NCBI GenBank assembly: GCA_963821525.1
Contig: CAWGED010000019.1
Coordinates: forward strand, 224,001 to 288,000
Reading direction: 5' to 3'
Source: an uncultured Gemmatimonadales bacterium
GTDB lineage: Bacteria > Gemmatimonadota > Gemmatimonadetes > Gemmatimonadales > GWC2-71-9
Length of the DNA: 64,000 bases
In this document: positions 31,898 to 42,489 of the stretch, in pieces
Layout of the letters: each line of letters begins with the position of its first letter
Position numbering within the stretch: position 1 is the stretch's first letter
Made by a program: the position numbers and the translations under genes
The notes under the pieces: generated by a model
Databases searched by the model: none
What the model saw: only the letters and a program-made list of their open reading frames with translations
Told to the model about the DNA's origin: nothing

Positions 31898-32223
31898 GAC
31901 TGCTCTCCCGCGGCGGGCTTCCGTTCGGTCTTGAACATCTTGAGCATGCGATCGGTGATCAGGAAGCCGCTCACGATGTTGGTCATCGAGGCGAACAGCG
32001 CGATCGCGCCGAGGATCCGGATCTTGAGGGGATACTCGCCGCCGGCCACGATGATCGAACCCACCACGGCGATGGCGGAGATGGCGTTGGTGATGGACAT
32101 CAGCGGCGTGTGCAGCAACCGGGACACCCGGCGGATCACGCCCAGGCCGATGAACGAGGACAGGACGAACACGAAGAGCATCGACCAGAAGTCGAGGGCG
32201 GGAGGTGCCGCTTCGGGCGTCAT
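31894..32223 (-). CDS. pntAB: NAD(P) transhydrogenase alpha, membrane part
   Basis: LHTPLMSITNAIS, NIVSGFLITDRMLKMF. Confidence 0.93.
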   Translation of the reverse strand: MTPEAAPPALDFWSMLFVFVLSSFIGLGVIRRVSRLLHTPLMSITNAISAIAVVGSIIVAGGEYPLKIRILGAIALFASMTNIVSGFLITDRMLKMFKTERKPAAGEQS

Positions 32224-33368
32224 ACCGGCGCTTTCTCCAGGGCTTCCCTGGTCCGGGCGTTCCGCACCTCACCCTCGTGGGTGATCAGCGCGCCCTGCTG
32301 GATGTCGTCGTTGAAGTCGAGCTGAAATGCCTTGTCTTTGGTGAAGGCCTGGATGAAGGCGGTCAGGTTCCGGGAGAAGAGCAGGCTCGCATGATTGGGC
32401 ATGCTGGCCGGCAGATTGAGTGGGGCCATGATCGTGACACCGTTGACCGAGACGGTCTCTCCCGGGCGGGACAGCTCGCAGTTGCCGCCGCCGTCCGCCG
32501 CGAGGTCCACGACGATGGAGCCCGGCTTCATCGATTGCACCATGGCGGCCGTCAGCAGCTTCGGAGCGAAGACGCCGCCGATCAGTGCCGTGGTGATGAC
32601 CACGTCCGACTGGGCACACTGTTCGGCCAGGAGCTGGCGCTGGCGGTCGCGGTCTTCCTGCGAAAGCTCCTTGGCGTAGCCGCCACCCGCCGCCGCACTC
32701 TCCTTGAGCTCGATGCCGACATACTTGGCGCCGACGCTTTCGATCTGCTCCTTCACCTCGGGCCGCACGTCGGTGGCCAGCACGTTGGCGCCGAGTCGCC
32801 GCGCGGTGGCGATGGCCTGCAGGCCGGCGACGGCGGCGCCGATCACGAACACCTTGGCGGGGAACACCATCCCCGCCGCGGTCGTGAGCATGGGGAAGTA
32901 GCGATTGAGCTGGGATGCGGCGAGCAGGACACCCTTGTAGCCGGCGATGCTGGCCATGGACGACAGGGTGTCCATCGACTGGGCTCGGGTGGTCCGCGGG
33001 ATCGCGTCGGTGGAGAAGGCGGTCACCTTGCGCGCGGCGAGCGCCCGCACCGCGGCGAGATTGCGCAGCGGCATGAGCGAGCCGAGGTAGATCGAGCCGG
33101 GCCGGAGCCAGGCGGCTTCGTCAGGCCCGGTGAGCGCCGGTGGAGTCACTTTGAGCAGCAGGTCGGCCGAGCCGAAGAGTGTCGCGGCATCGCCTACGGG
33201 AACGGCACCGCTGTCCCGGTAGGCGGCATCGGGAAATCCGGCCGCCACCCCAGCGCCGTTCTCGACCGCCACCTCGTACCCCAGCTGCACCAGCTTCTTG
33301 CACGACTCGGGCACCAGGGCAACACGAGCCTCGCCCGGCTGAACTTCTCTGGGCACTCCGATTCGCAT
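32220..33368 (-). CDS. pntAA: NAD(P) transhydrogenase alpha, domain I
   Basis: MRIGVPREV, RAQSMDTLSS, AVAGLQAI, DLAADGGGNC. Confidence 0.93.
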   Translation of the reverse strand: MRIGVPREVQPGEARVALVPESCKKLVQLGYEVAVENGAGVAAGFPDAAYRDSGAVPVGDAATLFGSADLLLKVTPPALTGPDEAAWLRPGSIYLGSLMPLRNLAAVRALAARKVTAFSTDAIPRTTRAQSMDTLSSMASIAGYKGVLLAASQLNRYFPMLTTAAGMVFPAKVFVIGAAVAGLQAIATARRLGANVLATDVRPEVKEQIESVGAKYVGIELKESAAAGGGYAKELSQEDRDRQRQLLAEQCAQSDVVITTALIGGVFAPKLLTAAMVQSMKPGSIVVDLAADGGGNCELSRPGETVSVNGVTIMAPLNLPASMPNHASLLFSRNLTAFIQAFTKDKAFQLDFNDDIQQGALITHEGEVRNARTREALEKAPV

Positions 33369-33453
33369 TCGTCCTCTGGGATAAAACGGAAGCGGGAAAT
33401 CTACAGGAGCCCGGGACGCCCCGTGAGGGGCGTTTTGTCACATGAAGCGCAGC

Positions 33454-35280
33454 TCACAGTTTCGGCAGCTTGATGCCGCCCGGAAGGCCGCCAGTGTAGC
33501 GCTTGAGTTGGGCCTCGAGCAGCTTCTGCGCGTCGTCCAGCTGCTTCCTGTCGAGTCCGAGCTGTTGCGCTGCCTGACCCTTCGCTCCATCCAACTTGGC
33601 CTGCAGCGGCGCCACCTTGTCGGCGACGATCTTGTCCACCGCCGCCTTGGCCTTGGCCTCGCCTTTGGCCAGCTCTTCACCGGCGATGGCCCGAAGCTGG
33701 TTCGAGATCGCGTTGTCCAGGTTCGAACTGACTTTGAGAGTCGGCGCGCTGATGGTTCCGCCAAGCTCCGCGTTTACCGTGAGCTGGTTCAATCCCGAGA
33801 CCACTCGCCAGATGGTGTTCTCCACCAGGCCGAAGCTCGCCTGACTCGCGGAGTCGGCGGACCATTCTGCGTGATTGGCCTGGATACTCCATTTACCGGA
33901 GATCCGGTCACCGGAGAGAGCGAAGCTGAAATCGGCATTCCCGACTCCCGGGGTCACCGAGAACGGCAGGCCGGGAACGCTCAACTTGGGCAAAGGGACG
34001 CCTTGCAGCTGCGCCTCCGCCTGATCCTTCGGGACGCCACCGACGTGATCCGAAAGGCCTTTTATCTCGACCACGAGCGGTGTGGCGAGCGCGATCTTCC
34101 CGCTCGCGGCGAGAGTCGCAGGCTTGCCGTAGAGCGCCGGTTGGGTGGTAAGACCGGTAAGCGCAGCCTTGAATTGTCCCTTGGAAGTATCCGCGCCGAA
34201 GGCGAAATCGATGTCGCCCCGCTCGAGAAGGAACTTGGGATACTCGTGTTCCCTGGGAAAATCCACCGTGGTACCCGCCATGCGGAGACGCCTGGGACCC
34301 GGCCGATTGAGCGGCCGCAGTCCGGGCGGCAGATACCGCTGGGCGAGTTGGGCGTAGTACAACGCCTTCTGGAAGTAATCCAGGCTCGGTTGACCGAAGA
34401 GGGCCTGGCTGATCTCCGGAGCGGAGACCAGCGGAAGATTGAGAAGCCCCTTGGCGAACGCGTAGTCCCGCTGACGCGCCTCGTCCACATCTTTCAGTCC
34501 CTGATTGAGCACCGTCAGCGAGCTGTTGACGTTCTTCTCCAGGTCTTCCAGCTGCTTCTCGGTCTGCTCGATCTGATCGATGTTGCGCTTGACGTCAGTC
34601 ACCGCACCCGCGACACCGGTGACGCCCAGCTTCCCCGGATCGGTCTTGGCCAGCCGGTTCGCGAGCGCGGTTGCCGAATCGACGACCGGCTTCACCTGGA
34701 TGGATTGGAGGGTCTGGGTAAGCGCCTGCCGGGTTGAATCGGCCTTTGCGGCGAGCGCCTCCGCCGCCTTCACCGTGCCGAGCTGGGTGGGATCGAGGAC
34801 GAGGCTCTTCACGGTGTCCACTCGCTGCATCGCGATCTTGGGCAGCGCGAAGTTCTGTTTAACCCAATCCTGCGTCTGCTCCCACAGCTTGCGGGAGGGG
34901 CTGTCCTTGGGGGCGGGACGTGCGGGGTGCTCGCGAGTCGTCCCGAAGCGAAGCCCCGACAGCGTCAGTCGTTCGATGACGACCTTTTTTTCTGCCGCCG
35001 GCAGCGCCACCAGGTCCGCGGTGATGGTCTTGGCCTCGATGAGGTTCTTCTTCGGGTCACTGGGATTGGCGATCTGCAGCCCTCCCATGTCCATCGCCGC
35101 GTCGCGCTCTCGAAGCTGGAATGAGGCCAGGTCGAGCTCGGTGCCCAGGGTCGAGGAGCCGATGCTCTCGATCTGAGAGCGGAGGATCCGGTCGGCGAAG
35201 ATGATCCAGAGAATCGTCACCAGGGCCAGGAACAGCACCACCGGGACGATCGCCTTCCAGCGGAAGATCTTCTTCGCCAT
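33454..35280 (-). CDS. TIGR03545-like protein (N-terminal anchor, beta-rich plus coiled coil)
   Basis: IFRWKA TM anchor, LQIANPSDPKKNL, VSSNLD tail; translationally coupled to the TIGR03546-like gene. Confidence 0.75.
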   Translation of the reverse strand: MAKKIFRWKAIVPVVLFLALVTILWIIFADRILRSQIESIGSSTLGTELDLASFQLRERDAAMDMGGLQIANPSDPKKNLIEAKTITADLVALPAAEKKVVIERLTLSGLRFGTTREHPARPAPKDSPSRKLWEQTQDWVKQNFALPKIAMQRVDTVKSLVLDPTQLGTVKAAEALAAKADSTRQALTQTLQSIQVKPVVDSATALANRLAKTDPGKLGVTGVAGAVTDVKRNIDQIEQTEKQLEDLEKNVNSSLTVLNQGLKDVDEARQRDYAFAKGLLNLPLVSAPEISQALFGQPSLDYFQKALYYAQLAQRYLPPGLRPLNRPGPRRLRMAGTTVDFPREHEYPKFLLERGDIDFAFGADTSKGQFKAALTGLTTQPALYGKPATLAASGKIALATPLVVEIKGLSDHVGGVPKDQAEAQLQGVPLPKLSVPGLPFSVTPGVGNADFSFALSGDRISGKWSIQANHAEWSADSASQASFGLVENTIWRVVSGLNQLTVNAELGGTISAPTLKVSSNLDNAISNQLRAIAGEELAKGEAKAKAAVDKIVADKVAPLQAKLDGAKGQAAQQLGLDRKQLDDAQKLLEAQLKRYTGGLPGGIKLPKL

Positions 35281-35801
35281 CAGCTCTCGGGATCGAACAA
35301 GCGGTAGAGGTTGTACAGCCTGGAGGCGGTAACCGCCTGGTAGAGCTTGGAGCGGCGGACCATGTCACCGATCGTCGCGCGGTATTTCGCTATTCCCCAT
35401 CGGGCCAGGAAGTAGATCGGTATCGCCAGGACGAGCCACGAGACGAAGCTCCCCAGGACGACCGAGTTGTTGAAGTTGGTGAAGGGGACGATCGGGGTGT
35501 TGAACCAGGTGGTCCACAGCGATCGCAGTCCCGGCGAGTTCAGGAGACCGAGTCCCACACGATGGAAGATGGGATCCAGCGCGAACCCGAACGGCGTGAA
35601 GAACGCAATGCCCAGCATGCCTCCGCCGAAGGAGACATTGAGCAACGCGATCAGCGAGATGATGACCAGGTTGTGCAGGTTGAGGAGCGGAGTGAGCCCG
35701 ATGCAGGCTCCGAGTGCTATTCCCACGGCCACCTGGCGGGGCGTCCCCTCCGAATGGAGCGTCTTGAAGATGGACTGAATCAGCTTGAGAATCGCGAGCA
35801 T
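35280..35801 (-). CDS. TIGR03546-like (DUF2062) membrane protein
   Basis: LHSEGTPRQVAVGIALG..GLTP, FTNFNNSVVLGS. Confidence 0.8.
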   Translation of the reverse strand: MLAILKLIQSIFKTLHSEGTPRQVAVGIALGACIGLTPLLNLHNLVIISLIALLNVSFGGGMLGIAFFTPFGFALDPIFHRVGLGLLNSPGLRSLWTTWFNTPIVPFTNFNNSVVLGSFVSWLVLAIPIYFLARWGIAKYRATIGDMVRRSKLYQAVTASRLYNLYRLFDPES

Positions 35802-35821
35802 TGGGGAAGGTAGGCGGGGAT

Positions 35822-35928
35822 GGCGGGAGGGCGGTAGGGCGATCAGGCGGTAGGGGTTGTGGGTGGTGGGTGGTCGATGGTCGATGGTCTTGTGCTTACC
35901 GCCTTACCGCCCTACCGCCTTCCCGTCC
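35822..35928. repeat. Inverted octamer arms (GGCGGTAG / CTACCGCC) with an inner TGGTCGA heptamer run
   Basis: 35822-35853 and 35895-35928 are imperfect reverse complements. Confidence 0.8.
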
Positions 35929-37539
35929 AACCCCGAAAGACACCCCTCATCCCGCGACACCCGGAATCGAAGCGGAAAGTTCCCCGATTCGGCGCCCACC
36001 CACGTCAAAACCGCGGGGCATTGCTTCCGAACCGCTTCCAGATCCCGAATGATCGGGCTTCCGGGAACTCCCACGACGACCACGCTTATCGAGTCCTCCA
36101 GGATGTGATGGGCCAGGTAGCGGCCCGGCACTTCGAAGGCCGAGGGGAGCACCGCGCTCTCCGCCGGATTGGCCGGCACGGTCTTGCGGCCCGTGTAGAG
36201 GTAGATAGCAGCCGGATAGTCGATGAGGAGGTGATCCTGCTCACCGGTATTCGCCATGACCCAGCGTGAAGCTGAAGCGAGATAGCGGCTGGTGAGTGGC
36301 AGCAGATGACTCGGTGAATAGAACGGGGCGGGCTTGCGATCGGCGAAGGCCGCTGAGCGCCTCGCGATGCACCGTCACCTGTCGAAGAAGTACCAGACCG
36401 GTCGCGAGACCGAGGACGGGAGCGAACCAGCGAGTTCGAACCGCCGGGAGTCGCTCGAAACTGACGCAGGCCGCGAGGCCGAGAAAAGGTAACGCCGAGA
36501 GGAGCAGGCGATCCTGGGCGAAGGGCCATGCCAGGATGACCGCAACACCGCCCAGGGCGGATCCCGCGAGCAACGGATAGCGTCGCAACGCAGCAAGGGC
36601 TCCTCCCAGCAGGACGAGCAGCAGGAGACCGACCAGGACTCGTCCCCCGCTCGCATTCCCGATCAAGTACGGGCCCAGCTGCTCCAGGTACTTCGCCGCA
36701 TTCGAGGCCACGCCTAACACGACCGACTTGAGCGATCCCACGACGCCGGCTCCGGCAAACCATCCCAGGTAGCCACCCTCGTCCGGCAGATCAGCAACGG
36801 GACCGCGATGGACCATGACGACGTGCAGAAGTTTCCACGCGATCAGGGGCCCAAGTGCAGCCACGGTCACGATTGCGCGATGCGCTGCACTTCGTTTCCG
36901 GAGCCAGGCCCCCGCGAGCACCGCGACCACCAGCACGATGGCCTGGGTGCGGAAGAGGGTGGTGACGGAGGCGAGGAGGGCGGAGAGGGCGGTTCGGCGG
37001 TTCGGCGGTTCGGCGGCGATCACACTCGACGGCTCCGCGTGATACCAGCTCACCAGAACTGCGGCCCAGCCCAACATGAACCAGGGTTCCGACAACGGAA
37101 TGGTGAAGTACTGAATCGACGCGTCGAACAGGAGCGGTGCGACCACAAACGCACCGAGGAGAATCCGGGGAATTCCGAATCTTTCGCGTCCAAGCCACCA
37201 GAGCAGTCCCGCGACGGCCCCGATGACAATCGGATGGAGCAGGCTGACCAGACGCTGCACTCCGTCTACCGAACCGGTCAACCGCCACAATAGGGCAAGA
37301 AGAACCGGGAAGCCGGGGGGATACTTCACCTGCACCGGATCACCCACCAGGTGGAGCGAGTGATAGCCGTGGCCTTCGGCCAGCGACTTACCGAGGACGG
37401 TGTAGACCCCGTCGTCATTCCAGGCTCCCACCAGCAACGCGGTGGAAAGGCTGGCGGCGAGATAGATGGTCGCGATCAGCACCCCGGCGAGGAGGGCTTC
37501 GCGACCGGGTGAGGGAGAGATTGATGGCCTTTCAGGCAC
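35904..37539 (-). CDS. GT-C-like (ArnT/PMT) membrane glycosyltransferase (frameshift near 36355)
   Basis: WNDDGVY...KYPPGFP...LSEPWF and many TM segments; C-terminus continues in ORF 35904..36257. Confidence 0.65.
36988..37011. repeat. (GGCGGTTC)3 frame-preserving repeat inside a CDS
   Basis: Three perfect octamers totalling 24 bp. Confidence 0.8.
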
Positions 37540-37591
37540 GGTGGATAATAGCCTTCCCGCCTCTAGGGGCATGGGGTACACTTCCCGCCCT

Positions 37592-40111
37592 ATGCCCTCA
37601 ACAAGACAGCCGCTCGAGGTTCACAAGTTCGGCGGCGCCTCGCTGGCCGACCCAGCGGCGATAAGGCGCGCCATCGCCATTCTCGCCGAGCGGCCGGGAC
37701 GGCGGGTCGTCGTCGTTTCGGCGATGGCCGGGGTCACTGACATGTTGCTGACGGCGGCCGCCAAGGCCCAGCGTGGCGATGTCGCGAGCGCGCTCGAGAC
37801 CGCGGCGTCGCTTCGGGAGCGGCACCGGGCGGCGGCGCGCGCATTGATCCGTACCGGCGTCGAGCGGAATGAGCTGATCGCGTTCATTGACGCACAGAGC
37901 GCGGAACTGGAGGGCCTAGTCCGCGGTCTCGCCATCCTCCGAGAACTCACCGCCCGCACGGCAGACTTCGTGGTTGCCCGGGGTGAGCGTCTCAGCGCGA
38001 GACTCGTCGCCGCAGCTCTTGCCGCAGCCGGCCAGCCGACTCGCTACGTGGACGCCCTCGAAGTGGTCCGCACCGATGGGCATTTCGGGAATGCATCCCC
38101 CGACCTCGAGGCGACGGACAAGGCGATGGCCAAGGCGTTCCGCCCGCTCATCGCCAAAGGGATCACCCCCGTGGTACCCGGCTTCCTCGGCGCCACTCCC
38201 GATGGGGAGGTGGTCACCATGGGGCGTGGAGGCTCGGACCTGACGGCCGCGCTGGTGGGCCGAGCCCTGGGTGCGACGCAGGTGAATCTCTGGAAGGATG
38301 TTCCTGGTCTGTTGACCGCCGATCCCAAGGTGGTGCCGGACGCACGGGTGATGCCCCAGCTCAATGTGAGAGAGGCCGCAGAGCTGGCCTATTACGGCGC
38401 CCGGGTGCTGCATCCGAGAGCGTTGATTCCGATCATCGGACGCAAGCTCCCGATCTGGGTGCGCCCCTTCAGCAATTCAGCCTTCCCGGGCACCGAGGTT
38501 TCCGAGCGGGAAACCGGACTCGAGGTGCCGGTAAAGGCGCTCTCCGGGGCACCGGGCCAGGCGCTGCTCACGGTCGAAGGGAACGGGATGATCGGAGTGC
38601 CGGGTGTCGCGGCACGGACCTTCGCCGCTCTGCAGCGGGAGCGGATTTCCGTCTCGCTCATCTCTCAGGCATCCTCGGAGCATTCGATCTGCCTTACCGT
38701 GCCGCAGGCGAGCGGAGAGCGGGCGAAGCTCTGCCTCGAGGCGGCGTTTCGCGAGGAGATCGCTCACCGGGAGATCGATGGCGTCCAGCTGCACCCGGGG
38801 GTGGCCACGATTGCCGTCGTCGGTCTCGGCATGCACGGGACTCGCGGTGTCGCCGCCCGGGTCTTCTCCGCCCTCTCTGCGGCCGGGATCAACGTGATCG
38901 CGATCGCCCAGGGATCGTCCGAGCTGAATATCTCCGTCGTCGTGGAAGACGCCGATGCGGCGGCGGCACAGCGCGCAATCCACTCGGCGTTCCAACTTTC
39001 GAAGGTGGGAGGCGGCTCCGCGGCCCCGCGCGACCGGATCGATGTCTTTATCCTGGGATTCGGGCAGATCGGACGCGCGCTGGGACAGATGGTCGCGGAT
39101 CTTCCGGAGAGAGGGCCCAGAATCCGGGTAGTCGGTGTCTCGGATCGCAGCGGATACGTATTCGATCCCGAAGGGATCAGCACCCGGCGGCTCGATGCCA
39201 TCGCTCGAGAGAAGCGCAACGGGCATTCTCTGCGCCGGCTCGAAGGCGGGCGGTCTGGCTCCGCGGAGGAAGCGGTCGAAGCGGTGAGCCGTCATGCGCT
39301 GTCACATCCGGTTTTGGTAGATGTGACCGCCGATGATACCGGACCCGCGCTCAAGGCCGCACTCACTCATGGGATGGATCTGGTGCTGGCGAATAAACGG
39401 CCGCTGGCAGCCTCTACCGACGAGGTAGACAAACTGTTCGCCCTGGCGCGCAGTCAGGGCCGGCGGGTGCGCTACGAAGCGACGGTGGGGGCCGGACTGC
39501 CGGTGATGGACACTCTGGCCAAGCTGGTGGAGACTGGCGATTCGATCGTCCGTATCGAAGGCTGCGTCTCGGGAACGCTGGGATTCCTGCTCTCGGGAAT
39601 GGAGCGGGGGCGGCGCTTCTCCGAGATCCTGAGAGAAGCGGTCGTGAAGGGTTACAGCGAACCCGATCCCCGGGATGATCTGTCCGGCGCCGATGTCGCG
39701 CGAAAGGCGCTCATCCTGGGGAGATTGATCGGCTTCCGAGGCGAGCCTCGTGCGGTCGGAGTCGAATCGCTGGTGCCAGCGGCCGCCCGAAGCATGGACC
39801 TCAAATCGTTCCTCGCCCGTCTGGAGAACTGGGATGCGGAGTGGCAGCAGCGCATCGCGGCCGCCCGTTCCCGGGACCGGGTGCTGCGCTACGTGGCGAG
39901 CGTCTCGCCGGAGCGCATTCGCGTGGCCCTGACGCCGGTTCCCCGTGAAGGTCCGTTCGGATCGCTTCAGGGTACCGACAACCAGATCGTGTTCACTACC
40001 GCGCGCTACACCGATCATCCACTGGTGATTCGCGGGCCCGGCGCGGGTCCGGTTGTAACCGCGGCCGGAGTGCTGAACGACATACTCGCGCTTGCTCGAA
40101 GGTCGAGATGA
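37592..40111 (+). CDS. thrA: Bifunctional aspartokinase / homoserine dehydrogenase I
   Basis: KFGGASL, GRGGSD, two ACT domains, GFGQIG, YEATVGAGLP, EPDPRDDLSG. Confidence 0.95.
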   Translation: MPSTRQPLEVHKFGGASLADPAAIRRAIAILAERPGRRVVVVSAMAGVTDMLLTAAAKAQRGDVASALETAASLRERHRAAARALIRTGVERNELIAFIDAQSAELEGLVRGLAILRELTARTADFVVARGERLSARLVAAALAAAGQPTRYVDALEVVRTDGHFGNASPDLEATDKAMAKAFRPLIAKGITPVVPGFLGATPDGEVVTMGRGGSDLTAALVGRALGATQVNLWKDVPGLLTADPKVVPDARVMPQLNVREAAELAYYGARVLHPRALIPIIGRKLPIWVRPFSNSAFPGTEVSERETGLEVPVKALSGAPGQALLTVEGNGMIGVPGVAARTFAALQRERISVSLISQASSEHSICLTVPQASGERAKLCLEAAFREEIAHREIDGVQLHPGVATIAVVGLGMHGTRGVAARVFSALSAAGINVIAIAQGSSELNISVVVEDADAAAAQRAIHSAFQLSKVGGGSAAPRDRIDVFILGFGQIGRALGQMVADLPERGPRIRVVGVSDRSGYVFDPEGISTRRLDAIAREKRNGHSLRRLEGGRSGSAEEAVEAVSRHALSHPVLVDVTADDTGPALKAALTHGMDLVLANKRPLAASTDEVDKLFALARSQGRRVRYEATVGAGLPVMDTLAKLVETGDSIVRIEGCVSGTLGFLLSGMERGRRFSEILREAVVKGYSEPDPRDDLSGADVARKALILGRLIGFRGEPRAVGVESLVPAAARSMDLKSFLARLENWDAEWQQRIAAARSRDRVLRYVASVSPERIRVALTPVPREGPFGSLQGTDNQIVFTTARYTDHPLVIRGPGAGPVVTAAGVLNDILALARRSR

Positions 40112-41058
40112 ACGCGAAAACCGCGGTCCGCGCCTTCGCCCCGGGATCGGTGGGGAATATCGGTCCGGGACTCGACATCATGGGGCTCGCCCTGACCGGC
40201 CCGGGAGATACCGTCGAGGCCAGAGTCGGTGCCGCCCCGGGTGTCACAGTCGCAGACGCCGGTCATCCCGATCTGCCCCTCGACCCGACGCTCAATACCG
40301 CAGCACTTGCCGCGGCTGCCGTGGCCAAGCTCGCCGGAAGGCCCGAGGCATCGATCGAGATCCGAATCCGCAAGGGCCTTCCGCTCTCGGGAGGACAGGG
40401 AGGAAGCGCCGCATCGGCCGTGGCCGGAGCGGTCGCGGCGAACGCGCTGCTGGGTGCCGGTCTGTCTCACCTGGGCCTGCTCGAGGCGGCGCTCGCGGCC
40501 GAAATGGTCGTGGCCGGTACCCATCTCGACAATATCCTCCCGTCCCTGCTCGGCGGCATCGTCCTCGTGCGCGACGAAGCGAGCCGAGACTTCATTCGGC
40601 TCCGAGTGCCCGACCAGCTTCGGGTCGTTCTCGCCCATCCAGCGCAGCAACTCAAGACCAAAGAAGCCCGGTCTGTGCTCCCGGCGTCGCTGTCGCGTGC
40701 CGATGCCCTGTATCAGGCGGCTCAGGTTGCCGCGATGACGGCCGCGTTCGTGAGCGGGGAGCTTGGGCTGCTGCGCCGCGCGGTGGACGATCGCATCGCC
40801 GAGCCGGCAAGGGCGGTGTTGCTACCCGGGTTCAGGGAAGCGAAGGCGGCTGCACTCGGTGCCGGTGCCCTGGGGTGTTCGATCTCGGGGAGTGGTCCGA
40901 CCAGCTTCGCCTTTGCCGACAGCGACCCCCAGGCGGCGCGAGTCGCCCAGGCCATGGCGGACGCGTACCGGAAGGCCGGCGTCGCCTGCTCCACTCGAGT
41001 CGAGCGAATCAGCGTCGAGGGGGCGCGGGTGCTGCACGGGACGGAACCCGGAACATGA
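40108..41058 (+). CDS. thrB: Homoserine kinase
   Basis: GNIGPGLD, PLSGGQGGSAAS (GHMP), HLDN, ISGSGPT. Confidence 0.93.
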   Translation: MNAKTAVRAFAPGSVGNIGPGLDIMGLALTGPGDTVEARVGAAPGVTVADAGHPDLPLDPTLNTAALAAAAVAKLAGRPEASIEIRIRKGLPLSGGQGGSAASAVAGAVAANALLGAGLSHLGLLEAALAAEMVVAGTHLDNILPSLLGGIVLVRDEASRDFIRLRVPDQLRVVLAHPAQQLKTKEARSVLPASLSRADALYQAAQVAAMTAAFVSGELGLLRRAVDDRIAEPARAVLLPGFREAKAAALGAGALGCSISGSGPTSFAFADSDPQAARVAQAMADAYRKAGVACSTRVERISVEGARVLHGTEPGT

Positions 41059-42326
41059 CCACCTGGCAGCAGTGCTCGACATGCGGGACCCGCATGAGCG
41101 AGCTGGATCCCCGAGTGCGCTGCGATTGTGGTGGCCTCCTCGAGGTCCACCACGATGCTCCAGCTCTCCGAGCAGCCGAGCTTCGCGCGCTCTTCGACGA
41201 GCGCTGGAACCTGCGGGTGGACGTCAACCTCTCGGGTGTCTGGCGCTATCGAGAGCTGGTCCTGCCGGGCGCGGCACCGCACGCCGTGACCCATCCCGAA
41301 GGGAACACTCCCCTGCTCCGCCGTGCCGCTCTCACGGAGTGGGCCGGGCTCGATGAGCTGCTGCTCAAGCACGAAGGGCACAATCCCACCGGGTCGTTCA
41401 AAGACCGCGGGATGACGGTCGGCGTGACCCAGGCGCGCCGGATCGGCGCTTCCGCCGTAGCGTGCGCCTCGACCGGGAACACCTCTGCCTCTCTCGCGGC
41501 GTACGGGGCACAGGCCGGGATTCCCGCGCTGGTGTTCGTTCCCGCCGGCCAGGTGGCGATGGGCAAACTGGCGCAGTCACTCGCCTACGGAGCGAAGACC
41601 CTCCTGGTCCGCGGCGATTTCGACGCCTGCCTCCGGCTCGCCGAGGAGGCCGGTGCCCGCCTCGGTGTCTATCTCCTGAACTCGATCAATCCATTTCGGG
41701 TCGAAGGGCAGAAGACGATCGTCTTCGAGCTGCTGCATCAGCTGGACTGGGAACCGCCCGACTGGATCGTGCTTCCGGCGGGCAACCTCGGTAACACTGC
41801 GGCATTCGGCAAAGCGCTGGTCGAGGCTCGATCGCTTGGCCTGATAGACCGGCTGCCACGGCTCGCCGCGGTGCAGGCCGCAGGCGCTGCTCCCTTTGCT
41901 CAGGGATTTGCCGAGGGATTCACGACTCGCCACCGGGTCAAGGCGGAGACCGTCGCCACCGCGATCAAGATTGGAGATCCGGCTTCATGGGACCGGGGCG
42001 TCAAATCGATCCGGGAGACGAATGGCGTGGTCATCGCCGTCGAAGATGGGGAAATCCTCGAGGCGAAAGCAGTAATCGACGCGGCGGGTGTCGGCTGCGA
42101 GCCGGCCAGTGCCGCGAGCCTGGCGGGAACCCGGCAACTCGCCGAGCGCGGGATCATTCGGCGCGATGAGCGAGTGGTCGCGGTTCTCACCGGCCACCTG
42201 CTCAAGGATCCAGGGATTCTGCTCGACTATCACCAACGTGATCCTGCACCGCCTGGCGCGAACAGACCGATAGAAATCGAGGCGGATATTCGAGAGGTGG
42301 AGAGGGTGGTGGGGAGTGGGGGGTAG
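41055..42326 (+). CDS. thrC: Threonine synthase
   Basis: N-terminal Zn ribbon, NPTGSFKDRG, ASTGNTS, GNLGN, LTGHLLKD; ATG overlaps the thrB stop. Confidence 0.95.
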   Translation: MTTWQQCSTCGTRMSELDPRVRCDCGGLLEVHHDAPALRAAELRALFDERWNLRVDVNLSGVWRYRELVLPGAAPHAVTHPEGNTPLLRRAALTEWAGLDELLLKHEGHNPTGSFKDRGMTVGVTQARRIGASAVACASTGNTSASLAAYGAQAGIPALVFVPAGQVAMGKLAQSLAYGAKTLLVRGDFDACLRLAEEAGARLGVYLLNSINPFRVEGQKTIVFELLHQLDWEPPDWIVLPAGNLGNTAAFGKALVEARSLGLIDRLPRLAAVQAAGAAPFAQGFAEGFTTRHRVKAETVATAIKIGDPASWDRGVKSIRETNGVVIAVEDGEILEAKAVIDAAGVGCEPASAASLAGTRQLAERGIIRRDERVVAVLTGHLLKDPGILLDYHQRDPAPPGANRPIEIEADIREVERVVGSGG

Positions 42327-42489
42327 GACGGGAGACGGGAGACGGGAGACGGGAGACGGGAGACGGGAGACGGGAGACGGGAGCACCGCGAGGGTACGGC
42401 TACTGCTGCGCAAATAGCCATTGGCTGCGTCCTGGTAGCAGCTAATGGCTAATTGCTAACAGCTTATGGCTTACGGCCTACAGCTTATG
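42327..42489. repeat. (GACGGGA)8 perfect array plus seven degenerate GCTWAYR heptamers
   Basis: 42327-42382 starts right after the thrC stop; 42441-42489 includes the peroxiredoxin stop. Confidence 0.92.

Noticed and set aside
40092..41054. 744-aa ThrC with a long N-terminal extension
   Set aside because: The extension is an alternative frame over thrB; the real start is the ATG at 41055.
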